A stretch of DNA of 64,000 nucleotides from Azolla caroliniana (GCA_043228905.1 JBHGNT010000002.1:17050001-17114000); one strand, 5' to 3'. Counted from the first letter of the stretch, positions 37,950 through 50,500 are shown. Notes: generated by a model from the sequence alone, not told the origin. A program made the numbers and translations.

Positions 37950-40900
37950 TTTAAGATGTTGAGGATGTTTTCGGGGTCCGGGGTGGTGGTAGGGTGGTCT
38001 GGCTGGACTGTCGGTGCGTGGGGTTGAGTTTGGTCTGGGGATGTCATATCCTCTCCGGCGTCCGCCTCAGGTGCGGCCGATTCTTCTGGTGGGGGTGTGG
38101 GTTCGAGGGCGCTGACCTCTACTTCGACTGGATCTGGTACCGTGTGGGCGTCCTCGGGAGGTCTGTTGGCCGAGGCGAGTTCCTCCTATGCCGTGTCCGT
38201 GATCCCCTCGCTAGAAGGTTCTTCCTTCTGCTCTGTGGCCGTTGGAGGGCTGGTTGGGATGGTTGCGAGTCGTTCTCGTTCGAAGGCTTCTGCTTCCAGG
38301 CGAAACAGCATCTAACCGTCATTGAAGTCCTCCAGTATTTGCTCGATTGCCGCGGTGTGAGATTTTGCCAAGGACTGGTAATCCTCAGTTAAATCTGCAC
38401 GCAAGTTTTGTATGCTGGCTTCGTCCATTTTGTAAAAGCCGCGGCCCTCCTTCCGTTGGTTCTCGGCGTCGGCGCGTAAAATATGCAATTCGGCAGCTTG
38501 GGCTGCCCATTCGTCTCCTGTGCGACTTAATGTTTCCTCGACCTTTTTGGTGAGGTGTTGGCGCTGTTTCTCGATCAGTATTCTAATGCGTGTCTCATCC
38601 ATGCCGGGATGTGCTCGGACGGCTGCTAAATCCTGTTTTAAGCCGTTGACCTCGGCCTGAAGCTTCTTTGCTAGTAGTTCATAGGTGGCTTGACTGTTCT
38701 TTGCATCCGCGGTTACGAGCTGGATAGACTGCTCGTAATGCTTGGTGAGTTATTCGGTAGCTTTCTCCCATTCTCTTTGACACGCGGCCCGGACTTGTTC
38801 CCGTTCGACGATTCTCTCTTCTTGTAGGGCGAAGTAGGAATAAGATAATTCATCTTTTTGCTCCAAAAGTAGCTTGCATTTGATGAAAAACTCGTCAGCC
38901 ATTTCTTTAAGGGTCGTACGCTGACTCTGCAGCTCGGCATTCTCCGCGATCATTCTCTCCTCCCGTTGGCGATTTCTTTCCTCCTTCCAGTGGTTCCATT
39001 CTTTCGCATTGTCGAGCGCGGCCTGTAGGTCTAGGACCTCCTTCTCTTTCTCTACCACTGTGGCCGCGTATTCCTCCAGCTTGCTTTTGAGTTCTGCTTC
39101 TTTGCCCGCGGCTTGCGCTTGTACCCGGCCCAGTGCTTCATTCTGCTCGTGTATCCTTTGGTCGGCCTGGGCTCTAATCTCGGCCATCTGCTTGGAAGCT
39201 TCTTCTTTTAAGCGAGTCATCGCCTCCTGATGCCGTTGATCCTGTCTCTCGGTTCGCCGTTATTCTTCTTTAAGCTCCGCTCGGTAATCCCGGAGCGGGG
39301 GTTCTGTCTGGGTTTCCACCTCCTTGGGTGGACGAGGGGGTGGTATCTCGGTCTTCTCCATGGGCGTGGCCGCCTCGGTTGTTGTGCAGGCATCGACCAT
39401 TTGTAACGAGTCCGTTTGTGTGCTGGCCTGGATTGTCAGGATTGAATCTGTGACGGTGCTTTCATCCATCATTGTTATGCGTGGAGGGGCTGGGAGGGCC
39501 TCGGTGGTCGTGGCCGGAAGGCTCAAGAGTTTTTGTTCCGGCCGGTTTTGCTCCCAGGCTGCCAGTTTCTGTTTCGCAGCGTGCCATAATTCCGTAGCCA
39601 CCTTAGCCTGTTTTTGGGTTGTTTTTATCTTTCGGGCCATGTCTTTGGCTGCCCGCGTAGTGCGATCCAGGTCCCTATATGCCTCGATAAGGGCCGTGTT
39701 CAACTCGGGGACCTCCATGAGGAGAGCGGCCTTTTTTGCCTGCTTCTTTCTCCCTATTTTTTGTAAAGCCATGTCGTCCTAGGGCTCAATTTCACCTAAT
39801 AGCGCGCGTTGAATCATTTTTGTTTCGGCGCGCTCTTCCGCCATTCGAGCGGCTGCCGCGACTTGGCCTCTGGCGAGGAAGTCGACCAGCTCGAATGTCG
39901 TACCGAGGCGTAGGAGCGCACTAAATTCGTAAGCCTCCGCGGGGAGGTCTTTATACCCGAGGACTTCATCCTCTGAGATCTGCGTTGTCTGCCCATGCTC
40001 GATCTTTCCCTGGTTCAGCGATGCCTCCTCAGGGATGATGGCCAGGTTGCTCTGGCTGACAACTAAGGCTTGCTCCTCTTGTGGCTCTTTCTGTTTTGCC
40101 GAGGACTCGCGGTTGAGTCGTCTTCTCTTGCTCGGCTGGGTTTGGGGTTCCGGGGCTGGTAGTGTTGTTTCCTCCGCCTGCTTCCTTTTCTGGGGTCGTG
40201 GTGGTGCTGCTTGCTGTGTGTTGGGGCGTGGGCTAGGCCTTGGGGAAGTTACCGAGGGGCACGTCGTTGGCTTTCGAATGGTGACATCGTCTGCCGTGTT
40301 GTCCTCCGTGGCTATCTCCTCCTTCCATTCTTGGCAGGTCTCGGAAACTGCCCTTTTTTGTTGGGGTTGGGTGGGTGGTGGTGCCAATGCAAGGTTTTGG
40401 TCGGCAGCAGGAGGTGAAGGCGATGTGGGATCCTCCCATGCTTCGTGGCTGATGGCAACCACTTTCTCTCTCTGCCTTCGTGGTGGTGGTGGGGACGTGA
40501 GTGTGCAAGGGGAAGGAAGAGAAGAGGGTGGGTATAGAACCATCAAAAAGTGGGTAAGAACAGACAACATCTTCTTACTGGACTGGAATGAGGCTAAGGC
40601 GGCTCGGAGTCCTTCGCCTGTGATGATTCGCCAATCGACTTTGTTTCCTTCATACGCGCTGATGATGATGGTTGCCTTGTTCTACGGCATGCTCGTCGGG
40701 TTCGTATGCACGAATGCATACTCCATCAATATACGAGCAATCTCCCCAAAAGCTCTGTTGGGGCCGCCATACGTGCGATATGCCTTCCCTGAGGCTAAGT
40801 AATCACCGAAGTACTCTTTCAGCTTCGATGTCGGGGGTATGTCGACCTCATGGTCCCCTCCCCGTTGCAGGTCCAAAACAGCCTGAAGCACGTTGTTGGT

Positions 40901-41035
40901 GATGGCTTCAGGACAAATACGTTTAGCCACTCCTTGGGCATCTGGGTGCACGGGGGCATCGATGATCTTCAGGTAACCGCCCATTCCTCGTTCCTGGAGC
41001 CAGGCGCAGGTTTCAGTTGAAGCGGTAAGAGGCAT
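37950..41035 (-). pseudogene. Accessory ORF downstream of pol (~1000 codons, one frame, several in-frame stops): globular N-terminus, Pro-rich linker, long coiled coil
   Basis: ORFs 41035-40682, 40570-39779, 39772-39260, 39220-38750 and 38602-38312 all share one reading frame; 3' end approximate. Confidence 0.8.
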
Positions 41036-41553
41036 GGTGGAGATGGAGATGGGGTTTGACTATGTGGAAGAGTGAAGAAGAGTGATGAGGCGAGGGTGAG
41101 ACAGAGGAGGAACAACAGGAAGGGGAAGTTCGGCAGAGGGGCTATGAGAGCGAAAGAGGGCTTGAGAGCAAGAGCGTTTAGAGTGATGAGAGCGAGAAGG
41201 GGCTTCTGAGCTTGAGAGCGATGGAGATTGGGAGCGATAATGAACTTCTGTGTCTGTGCTGCGTTTTGGAAACGGGTTTAGTAACTTACTCCTAGGGTTT
41301 TGTGCCCGAAGCGAATCCTGAAGATTCTGAGTCGTGGGTGCCATAATAAGTGACTAGCACCACGTGTCCTGAAGGTGAGTGGGGTGCTTCTAGTGCTTTG
41401 CATGTGCTTAAATAGGTACTAAATGAGAGGTGGCGAGGGGTGCTCCTAAAATTGTGGGTGCCTAGGTGGGTGGTGTAGGTGTAGCTAATCGGTGGCTAAA
41501 CTATGGTTAATCCTACCTACTTTATTAATTTCAAGAAGGTGGGTGAGTCCTTA

Positions 41554-44500
41554 TTAAGGGGGACACATGGCCTCCTCCGTGGTGGTCTCCCGAAACTCGT
41601 TTGTGTCGTGTGGCTCGGCAAACGGGTTGGGTGGTGTAGTGCCTCGATATGGTCGAAGTCGGAAACCATTGGCCCAGCTTTTGACAGTGTCGTCGGCGAG
41701 TGTGCCAAGCTGGAACATCCCGTTGAACTCATCGATAATCCAGAATGGACCGGTCCACCGAAATCTTAATTTTCCCGGCATAGACCCGAGTCGTGTTTGA
41801 AAAAGAAGAACAGGTTTGTTGATGGTGAGCTCCTTTTCTAGCCCGTTTCGATGTCGATCCACGAAAGCCTTGCGTTGTCGTTGGCGTTGTTCGAGCTGGG
41901 CCATACTCTCTATCTTGTCTTCGCCGAGTTCGAGGAGTTGTTCCAGCCGGTATTGCTTGGATTGGGCCTTGGGGAGCCGTGCTTTGATTTGAACTCCGAG
42001 GCTCAGGACTTGGAACTCGACGGGCATTACGGCTTCTAACCCGAACGCCATTCGAAAGGGGGTTGATTGGATGCTTGTTTTGAAAGTCGTATGATACGCC
42101 CACAACGCACTCTGGAGTTTGTCATCCCAATCAGTCCTGTTTTCAATGACGATCTTCTTCAGTATGGTTTGGAGGATTTTATTGGTCGATTCCGCCAAGC
42201 CATTCGCCTGCGGGTAGTATGGTGTGCTTTTCTTGTGCACCACCGCGTAGTGGTGTGTAAGCTCACGTATTATATGATTGATGAAGTGCCCACCTTGGTC
42301 ACTAACGAGCTCAATTGGGCATCCGTAACGGCACCAGAGGTACTCGTACACGAATTTAGTCGTGGATGTCGTCGTGTTGTCTCGGAGAGCTTTAGCCTCG
42401 ACCCATTTGGTGCAGTAGTCTGTGGCAACGATAATATACCTATTCCCTGTACGGGCCGCCGGTGGCTTGAAAGGGCCTACAAAATCCAACCCCATTTTTG
42501 AAATGGGTCCAACGGGAGAATCGGCTGGTGTGGCATCCGTGATTGTTCCATTGGTTGCCCCAATCGTTGGCACAAATTGCACTGTCGGCAAAACTCGTGG
42601 GCATCTTTCTTCGTTGTCGGCCACCACAATCCGCTTTGCCAAACCTTCCTTGCCGTGGAATCCCCGACGTAGTGCCCCCCAGCTACTCCCTGGTGGGCCT
42701 CCTGAAGAACGGCATTCTTCTCAAATTGCCGAATCGCTCGGCGCCATATGCCGTCCGAGCCTTTGTGGTAGAGAATGTCCGAGACGAGGCAAAAATTCCG
42801 GCTACGCACTGCTAGGCATTTTCTCGTGTCAAGGGGCATGTGCTCGGGAGGTAAACCGGTAGTGAGAAAATGGGTCATCTTCGTGATCCATTCATCTTCG
42901 TTATTGTCTGGCATCGTGATCAGGTTAAATAGGCTGGCGTCCGGTAGCTCGTCGTACGTTGTTTTCGCCGGTTCCCCTGACTCAAGACGGCTCAAGTAGT
43001 CGGCGACGGCGTGTTGTACCCCGGGTCGATGCTGAATCTGGAAATCAAACTCTTGGAGTAGGAGCATCCACCGAGCCAACCGTCCGGTGAGGGCTTGTTT
43101 ATTGACCAAATAAAGAAGGGCGAGTGATCCACGTGAAAGGTAAACTTCCGGCCCAAGAGGTAATGTCGGAATTTATTGATGCTATAAATCATATCGAGGG
43201 CCTCCCACTCGGTGGTGGAGTAATTCTTTTCCGCGGTCGAGAGCCGTTGGCTGGCGTAGTACATGGGCCTATACCAATTCGGGGGTGTGCATTGCATCAG
43301 GGCACTTCCGATGGCTATGTCCGAAGCATCTACGAAGACATGAAACGGTTCGGACCAAACCGGAGGCTGGACCACCGGGGCATGTGAGAGCGTTTGTTTC
43401 AGGGTCTGATAGGCTGTGTCCTTGATTGACGTCCATTGGAAAGGAAGACGATGGACGGCCGCGTGTAAAGGTGTCGCGAAATCGGCCAGGTGTCGTATCA
43501 TTCGGCTGTGCCACCGGATCTGTCCTAAAAATCGACTTAGTGCCTTAGCGTTCGAGGGTGCGGAGGCGGTCAGGATGGCCTTTACTTTATCCGGGTCCAT
43601 AGCGATGCCTTCTTGACTGACAATGTGGCCGAGAAGGTTGCCGCTGGTGACTAAGAACGCGCATTTCGCCGGGTTTAAGCTCAATCGAGCTTGGCGACAT
43701 CGGTCCAGGCAGAGTCGTAACTGGGTCATGTGTTCCCGTCGATGGCCATACACGGTGAAATCGTTGAGAAAGACTTGCATGAACGCCGAGATGTAGTCAT
43801 GAAAGATTTCGGTGATGATGCGCTGGAAAGTAGCCGGCGCCGTTTTTAAACCAAACATCATTACTTCTGCCACAAAAACACCCCATTCCGTGACGAAAGC
43901 GGTTTTCTCCTGATCCTCCGGGTGCATTCTTATCTAGTTATAGCCGTTGAACCTGTCGAGGAAACTGTAGCATTCGTGGTCGGCTACCGTGTCGAGGACG
44001 CTGTCCGTGAAGGGGAGAGGGAAACCGTTGGTGACTGTTGCCGCATTAAGCTTCCGATAGTTGACGCAGACGCGGATTTTTCCGTTCTTCTTTGGGACTA
44101 CTATGATCGGGCTCAACCACGTGGCCCGTTTAACAGGGCGAATGAAGCCCACTCGGAGTAGTTTGTCGATTTCCTCTTTGACTTTAGCGGCGTAGTTGGG
44201 CTTCATCCTGTAGCGCCTCTGCTGAACCGGCCGAGTGTCGGGTAAGATGTGAATTTGATGTTGGTAGTATTGAGGATCCAACCCCTTCATATCGGTGTAA
44301 GACCAAGCAAAAACATCCTGGTAGTCGGTGAGCAATCGTACGAGGGATGCCCGTTCTCCGGTTGGTAGATTATTGGCAATTTGTAACGTACGGGGATTCT
44401 CGTCCGAGCCGAGGTTTATTGTTTCCAGGGTTGATGCTTTGACTCGTTGTGAAATGGCGAGTTCGCGTTCGAAAGCCTCCCGAGCATGGCGTAGCTCGGC

Positions 44501-46900
44501 AACTGTGGTTGGATCTGGTTCATCCTGGGGTGGTGATTCCTCCGTGACTTCCTCGTCTTTAGGTGGCTCGATGGTTGGTAAGGCATTGATTTCGAAGAGA
44601 GGGATGATCGTGGGATGATCATCTAGGAAGTCATCGACCTCCTCATCGGCCAAACCGTCAAGCATATGGACCCCTTCCGCGTATAACGGCGAAGTGTTGA
44701 GGGCGACGGGGACTCGTTCTTCAGTGATGATTCGGACTTTTGTCTTGCCTCTTTGGAACGAGATCATGTTGCGTTGCCAATGTTGCTTGATATTCGTTGT
44801 ATGCAACCATGGTCGACCGAGTAACATTGGGTAGGCGCCTTGTGTCTCCAGTCTTAGCACGACGGCCGAGATCGTGAACATGTGGCCTCCGAGTGTGAAG
44901 TCGAGATGGCGGATTAAACCAATGGGGCGAACGGAGCGGGTGTCGGCCATCCAAAGCCAAAAGGGGCATGGTTCCCATTGATTCAGGCCGAGGTTGTGAC
45001 ATGTTGACTCGCTAATAACGTTTACGCCGGATCCGCCGTCGATGATGCATCCGTGCAGGTGTTGTCCCTTAATGATGATTCACACGGCTGGGTTCTGAGA
45101 ATCCATGAGTGGTGGACCTGTTCCTGCTTCGGTGAGGTGCACCGGTGGCGTCACGGGCTTAGTATTGGCCTGGAGTGCCGCCAGGGTGTCCCGAAATCTC
45201 GGCATGAGTGGTAACAGTTTATGTAGAGGGCAGTGAGATGCGAGAGTTGGTAAGAACATCCCATAGCTGGTCGTCCTCCTCCGACGTGGATGGTACAGAG
45301 GTTTGTGGTGCTTCACTGGGCCCGTCTCTCATGTCAGTTTGCATGCGCACGACATTATTTTTATTGGCCGTGTCGATCCATTCTTTTGCTGCCTGACGGA
45401 CTTCATCCTGGATTTGCCATTGTGTAGTCTGCGCTTTACTCCGGGTAGTGACGGTTTGAACATCGGCCATGATACTGTTCACCACAGGTGCCTTGCCACG
45501 GTCGGTTGTTGGACATTGCGTGGCGTAGTGGCCTGGTTGGTTACATTTAAAACACGTAACGTTGGCCGAGTTGCTGGTGTCCGCTCGGTCTGTCTGTGGA
45601 AGTTGTTGCTGTTGATTCCCAGTCTAGTTTGGTGGTGGGTTGTTCCGAGGTGCGTTGGAGTTGCGCTAGTCATTTTGAGGAGCGTCCCGTCGGCGGTTGT
45701 CGTTATGTCTTCTATTGTTGCGTGAGTTGCGGTTGTCGTTTCGCCGATCAATGCATGAGTTCCGTCGGTCATACCGGTCATCGCGATCGTCATCATATCG
45801 AGCATAATCGTCGTGCCGATCATCGCGATAGTGATCACGGTGGTCATCACGTCGGTATTCGTCGTCTCGGCGTCGTCGATCCGGGGATCGCGGTCGGTCG
45901 TTATTCTGGTCTCGGTAGGCATATCACTCGTCCTGCCGAGAGTATGTATTTCTTGGCTCGATCTGGCTGACCGGTGCCGCCGTTGTGCGGTTCAGCATAT
46001 TATATTCGCACTGCTCAACAGTGTGAGCTCGAGACTGACAGATCGGACACTGTGGTCGGTGGGGACATTCGAGCGCCAGGTGCCCTAATCCTGAACACGT
46101 CGTGCATTGGAGAGCTTGGCGAAAGTGATTGTCCTCTTGGGGAAGAGCGTTTTGTAAGGATGTCATCGAGAAGGCCGCGCCGTGCTGGTTCCGATTGAGG
46201 GCGAGAACCCGCGCTATGACTTGTTCGATAGTATGGTTGGCGAAATTTGTAAGTGCGAGAGTTGTTCGGAGAGGAAAGTGTCCGGTATATGTTGTGCCGA
46301 GACATCATTGGCCACTTGTCTGTAGAGATCCTAGAACCGGATCGTGAACTACGCGACCGTTTCGTGCGGTTCTTGGCATATAGAGAAGAATTGTCGGAGC
46401 AGTTCCCGTTTAGGCACCTCGCGATGAAAAAGTTCAAGGAACTTTGTGCGCACGATTTGGAAAGTGGTGGCCTCTGCTATTTCGAGGCGAGAGTACCATC
46501 GTGTGGCCGGTCCATCGAGGGAGAGTGTGAACTCGGCAATCTTTGAGGCATCGATTTCGGCCGGCGTGAGGCGGTGCGTTGAGTGGTTGGCCTGCCACGT
46601 GGATATGAAGGCACGGATGTGTGACTCCGCGTCTGGTCCATCGGTGTAACGTGGGTATGGGTACGGCATGATGTCGTACTTTGGGTCTCCTGGTAGCACC
46701 AGAAAAGGGTTTAGTTCCGGTTGATTGACCTCCGGAGGGCTCGACGGGGGTTTTGGTGGTGAATCAACTCGCGATCGAGTGTCCAGTGGCGAGGATTGCA
46801 CTGGGGAAGCCTCTAATTGCTCGGGAAAGGATTGGTCAGTGACCGCCGAGTCGGAAGTTCCTTCGACTGGCTCAGGGCGTCAGGCAGGTGGCCGAGACCT
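41554..46900 (-). pseudogene. gag-pol of the Athila-like element (disrupted by stops and frameshifts)
   Basis: CCHC knuckles; PR DGGSGVN (~45040); RT WLSPIIVVPKKNGKIRVC, MMFGLKTAPATFQ, FLNDF; RH FVDASD, EKNYSTTE; IN GLDFVGP, SDQGGHF, YYPQANGLAE, RWTGPF. Confidence 0.92.
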
Positions 46901-46974
46901 CGTGGTGCGAGAGGGCGCCGTAACGGCGGCTGGTGGTTACCTTCAACGAAGTTCGCTATGCACTCACAATTGTA

Positions 46975-46987
46975 ACCGGGCGTGCCA
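46975..46987 (-). promoter_or_regulatory. Primer-binding site, tRNA-Arg(UCU) type
   Basis: TGGCACGCCCGGT 5 nt inside the 5' LTR; tRNA identity is from the recalled plant tRNA-Arg(UCU) 3' end. Confidence 0.8.
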
Positions 46988-46992
46988 AATTG

Positions 46993-47468
46993 TGTTACCC
47001 GTTCCTTTGGGTGAACACCTTCGATAGATCTGCGGCTATCGGTATTCAAGGGCGTGGTACGTGAAGGCTCGTAACAAAGGCGTCGTGAGGGAGAAAATGA
47101 TCAGAGATAAAACACTAGCGAGATCTTGATAGGCGTGGGCGGCGCTGAAATCATAAGTATGAACCAAAGCACAGACACATGGAGCAAAATGGGCACAAAT
47201 CAGATATATTACTACGGCAAAAAAAGGATTACAGAACACGGCCTACGGTTGGTGACCTTACAGGATTATCTAGTTACAATGGACTAAGCTAGTGCTTCCA
47301 CCTATATTTTTCTCTCTCTCACTCTGAGGTACTGGACCTCGTTTAAATAACGTTTCCCCTAATACACAGCCGAGCCGTCAGTGGCCCGTGATACTCGGAC
47401 TCAGCGCTCGATTACACTACCGCCGTTTGCTAATTTCCTAATTTTACATTTCTGTCCTCTAGACAACA
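46993..47468 (-). repeat. 5' LTR of the Athila-like element
   Basis: Direct repeat of 37366-37841; TATTTAAA and a polyA-like AATATA plus GU-rich stretch read on the minus strand. Confidence 0.95.
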
Positions 47469-47928
47469 CATGGCATTGATTTTGTCCGGTCTCTTGTCCC
47501 CGAACTGAACCGGCAACCAAAGATCTTTAACCATGAGCATGTCCCTCATCTTCGACTTCCACACTGAGTAGTTGGAGCCGGTGAGCTTGAACATGCCTCC
47601 CAACGAATCATCCATTTTTTTGTGTCGTTTCGCTCTGATACCAGTTTGACGAGAAATATGCGGAATAATCTCCGGCCACAACCGAAGCGTAGATCACTTG
47701 ATGACAATCAAACACAGAAGAAGAAATGGGGATGGAAGAAAGTACACAAACAGAAAAGAGAATACACAGGATGTTAACGTGGAAAACCCTGAGAGGGAAA
47801 AACCACGGGAGTCCACAGACTCCAAACTATCACTATGTCAAGGAGTACAACAGGGAGCACAGAGGCAACGACCTCTTGCTCACAATCTTCGCCTGGCGGC
47901 GGTTATAACAGAGACATGCTTTGTATCG

Positions 47929-47985
<57 letters not shown>

Positions 47986-48173
47986 CGTTACACCAATTAC
48001 GTTATACAAAGATAATAACAGTAATTGTGTTACTCTACACACTGTTTGCCCTAGGTCACATTTATACTAATATGACATTAGGACTATTTACATATATAGC
48101 CCCAATGGGCTCTCAGAAACATATCTACATATATGTCCCTTCATCCAGTGAGAGGTTTTCACCGGGCCTGCAA

Positions 48174-48362
48174 CATCCGGTTCTCACCGGGTCTTCCTTG
48201 TCGGGTACTCGTCATCCGGTTCTCACCGGGTCTGCATCATCCGGTTTTGGGTACTCCACATCCGGTTCTCACCGGGTCTTCCGTTGCCGGGTACTCCACA
48301 TCCGGTTCTCACTGGGTCTTCCTTGCCGGGTACTCCACATCCAGTTCTCACCGGGTCTTCCG
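48174..48362. repeat. ~39-bp tandem array (about 5 units) in the U3 region of the copia B LTR
   Basis: CATCCGGTTCTCACCGGGTCTTCCTTGCCGGGTACTCCA repeated. Confidence 0.9.
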
Positions 48363-48871
48363 ATGTCGGGGCTTCGTATCCCATTCGGAGGGACCGAGAT
48401 CCTAACAAGAGTGGATGGAGAAGAAAAACGAGTTATGTATTAATCAAGAATTTAATAAGAAGAAAATTTGTTATCCAATTGATGATATATATCTTGTTCC
48501 TCAAATCAAAAGTCAAGGGTTCAATCTTAATCTCTCTCTCCATTTCAATCTCTCTCAATCTAAAGTGAACGTTCTATCTTATCTCAATCTCTCTCTCTTT
48601 CAATCTATCTTAAATACTTTCTTGCTAAACCTAGTGCAAACTTCGAATCCTTCCAGTCCAGAACCCTAGCAGTTCCGCCTCACGATTCGCACGTAGTGAT
48701 GGATTTTTCACGACAATGTGATCCCAGTAGTTGATTAGATTCATCGTTGATACATGGGTTCCATAGGATACGTTGACTGAGCCAAGCAGGTTCGGAACTC
48801 GGTTGATCACACTTGAGCCCCCATCTAATGTCACACCATGCCTTCCACATGGATGCACTGAATCTATCCTC

Positions 48872-50500
48872 CTATTGGCGGGAGAAACTAGGTTTGAGAT
48901 CCATGTTTAGAATCCATCCTGTTTGGGGAGCCCAATTGACCCCTTTTCGTGGCCTAAAGTAAGAGAAACGTAACCACAATAGCATTTTCCAACAATCATT
49001 TCCTGGTTGGAGTCCTCGCACCACAAATTTGGCAAGTAAGGCTTTTGATTGTGAAAGGGGATCAATAAGACCCAATCCCCCTCTTGACTTAGGTGTTGTG
49101 AGTATAGGCCACGCCACCTTGGCGCGAGTTACATGGTCTTCCTTACCAGACCAAATGTAGTTGTGGACCAATCATTGAAACTGATGTATACTTTCCTTGA
49201 AGATTGTCCAGCATGATAGATTGTACCATGTTGTTGCGAGTAGTACCCGGTTTTCCACTATGATGCACCATTAGTGACAGTTTTTTCGAACTCCAATGTA
49301 TCAACTTTTGTCGAATGGAATGGATAACGGGTGCAATCATAGTCTCTAGTGGTATGTTGAAACCAATTTGGAAACCCAAATATTTGGTACTCACTCCTTG
49401 ATTGATCCATTTGAAAGTGGGATGTGGGTGCCACGTCGGATGTGTTTCATGAGAAAGCCATATTGCGCAGGATTTGTGCCAATTCATCATGGCATTGGAT
49501 CTCTTGCAAAATACGGTTAACCCACTTTCTAGCTTTTGGAGGTTTTTCAAGTCCCCTTGCAGGTAGACCATTGTGTCATCTGCAAATTCTATATCCAGGA
49601 TGCTTTGGTGAGAATGAGGTACGGGAAGACCACGTAGGTTGAGATGCCGCGAGTTGAGAAAGTAAGAGAGTACTTCAACGTATAATAGAAATAAGAATGG
49701 AGCTAGTGGGCATCCTTGTCGTACAGATCGAGATATTCAGAAAAAGGGGTCCCTTTCACCTCCCAGTGAAATACAACTGTTGTCATTCCTATAAAGATCT
49801 GCAATGCCTTTGATCCATGTCTCTTGAAAGCCGAGTTTCCCCATCACACTTTCTAGAAAGTTCGAGCATACCCTGTCATATGCTTTCTCCGAATCTAGTA
49901 GCACCACCGCTACCTTGTTGTTGGTACACTTGGCAAGGGCTACTATTTCCCAAAATGAGAAGAGGTTGTCTCGGATGCTCTGATTTCTAACGAACCCTGT
50001 CTGGGACGGATGAATGAGTTGAGGGAGAAATGGTGTTAAACTGCGTGCCACGAGTTTTGTGAGCAACTTATAGAGTTATGGGCCTCCACTTGCTAATGTC
50101 GTTGGCACTCCCACAACTTTTAGGAATGAGATGTATCATCCCCTGTCCAAATTCCTTTGGCATGCTTCCAGAGGTGATGATCTCCTCATATGTCTGGAGG
50201 AGGTCTTCTTTAATAGTGTCCCAAAGGCATGTGAAAAAGTGTGGGGTATTCCAGGGCAACTATCGACATCCAAATCAAAGAGGGCCTCCCATATCTCGAT
50301 GATTGATAGGGGACGCACGAGCCATGCATTCATTTCCGGCATGACTTTCTCAGGTATGCTTTGGAGGATAATATATTCTCTTATGTCTTCCCCTATAGCC
50401 ATAGTATCTTCGGTAAGTAGGCGGTTATAGTAACTTGTGGCAATATTCCTCATTTCGTCACCATGTGTCTTTTGTTGAAATGTTTTGAGATTCACATGCA
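48872..50500 (-). mobile_element. LINE (L1-type) ORF2 reverse-transcriptase remnant
   Basis: WRPITL, QTGFV, DSEKAYDRV, QGCPLAP, FADDT, KYLG, KVAW..L..PKSRGGLG; frameshifted. Confidence 0.9.

Larger units (their letters stand above)
37366..47468 (-). mobile_element. Full-length Athila-like (non-chromovirus) Ty3/gypsy retrotransposon, 10.1 kb, with CATGG target-site duplication
   Basis: Two 476-bp TG..CA LTRs; CATGG at 37361-37365 and 47469-47473; gag, PR, RT, RH, IN in gypsy order on the minus strand; no chromodomain or additional RNase H recognised. Confidence 0.95.
34938..48407 (-). mobile_element. Ty1/copia element B (Tnt1/Tork-like): 5' LTR ~48407-47647, PBS 47643-47632, gag split by the 10.1 kb gypsy insertion, IN, RT truncated at ~34938
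   Basis: TGGTATCAGAGC on minus strand; gag MFKLTGSNYSVWKSKM...NAM|IWE rejoins in frame across the insertion; ADNGGEY, RYKARIVVKGF, FDVKT. Confidence 0.9.

Noticed and set aside
48174-48362. CRISPR-like repeat array
   Set aside because: Head-to-tail units without unique spacers, inside an LTR in a eukaryotic context with no cas genes
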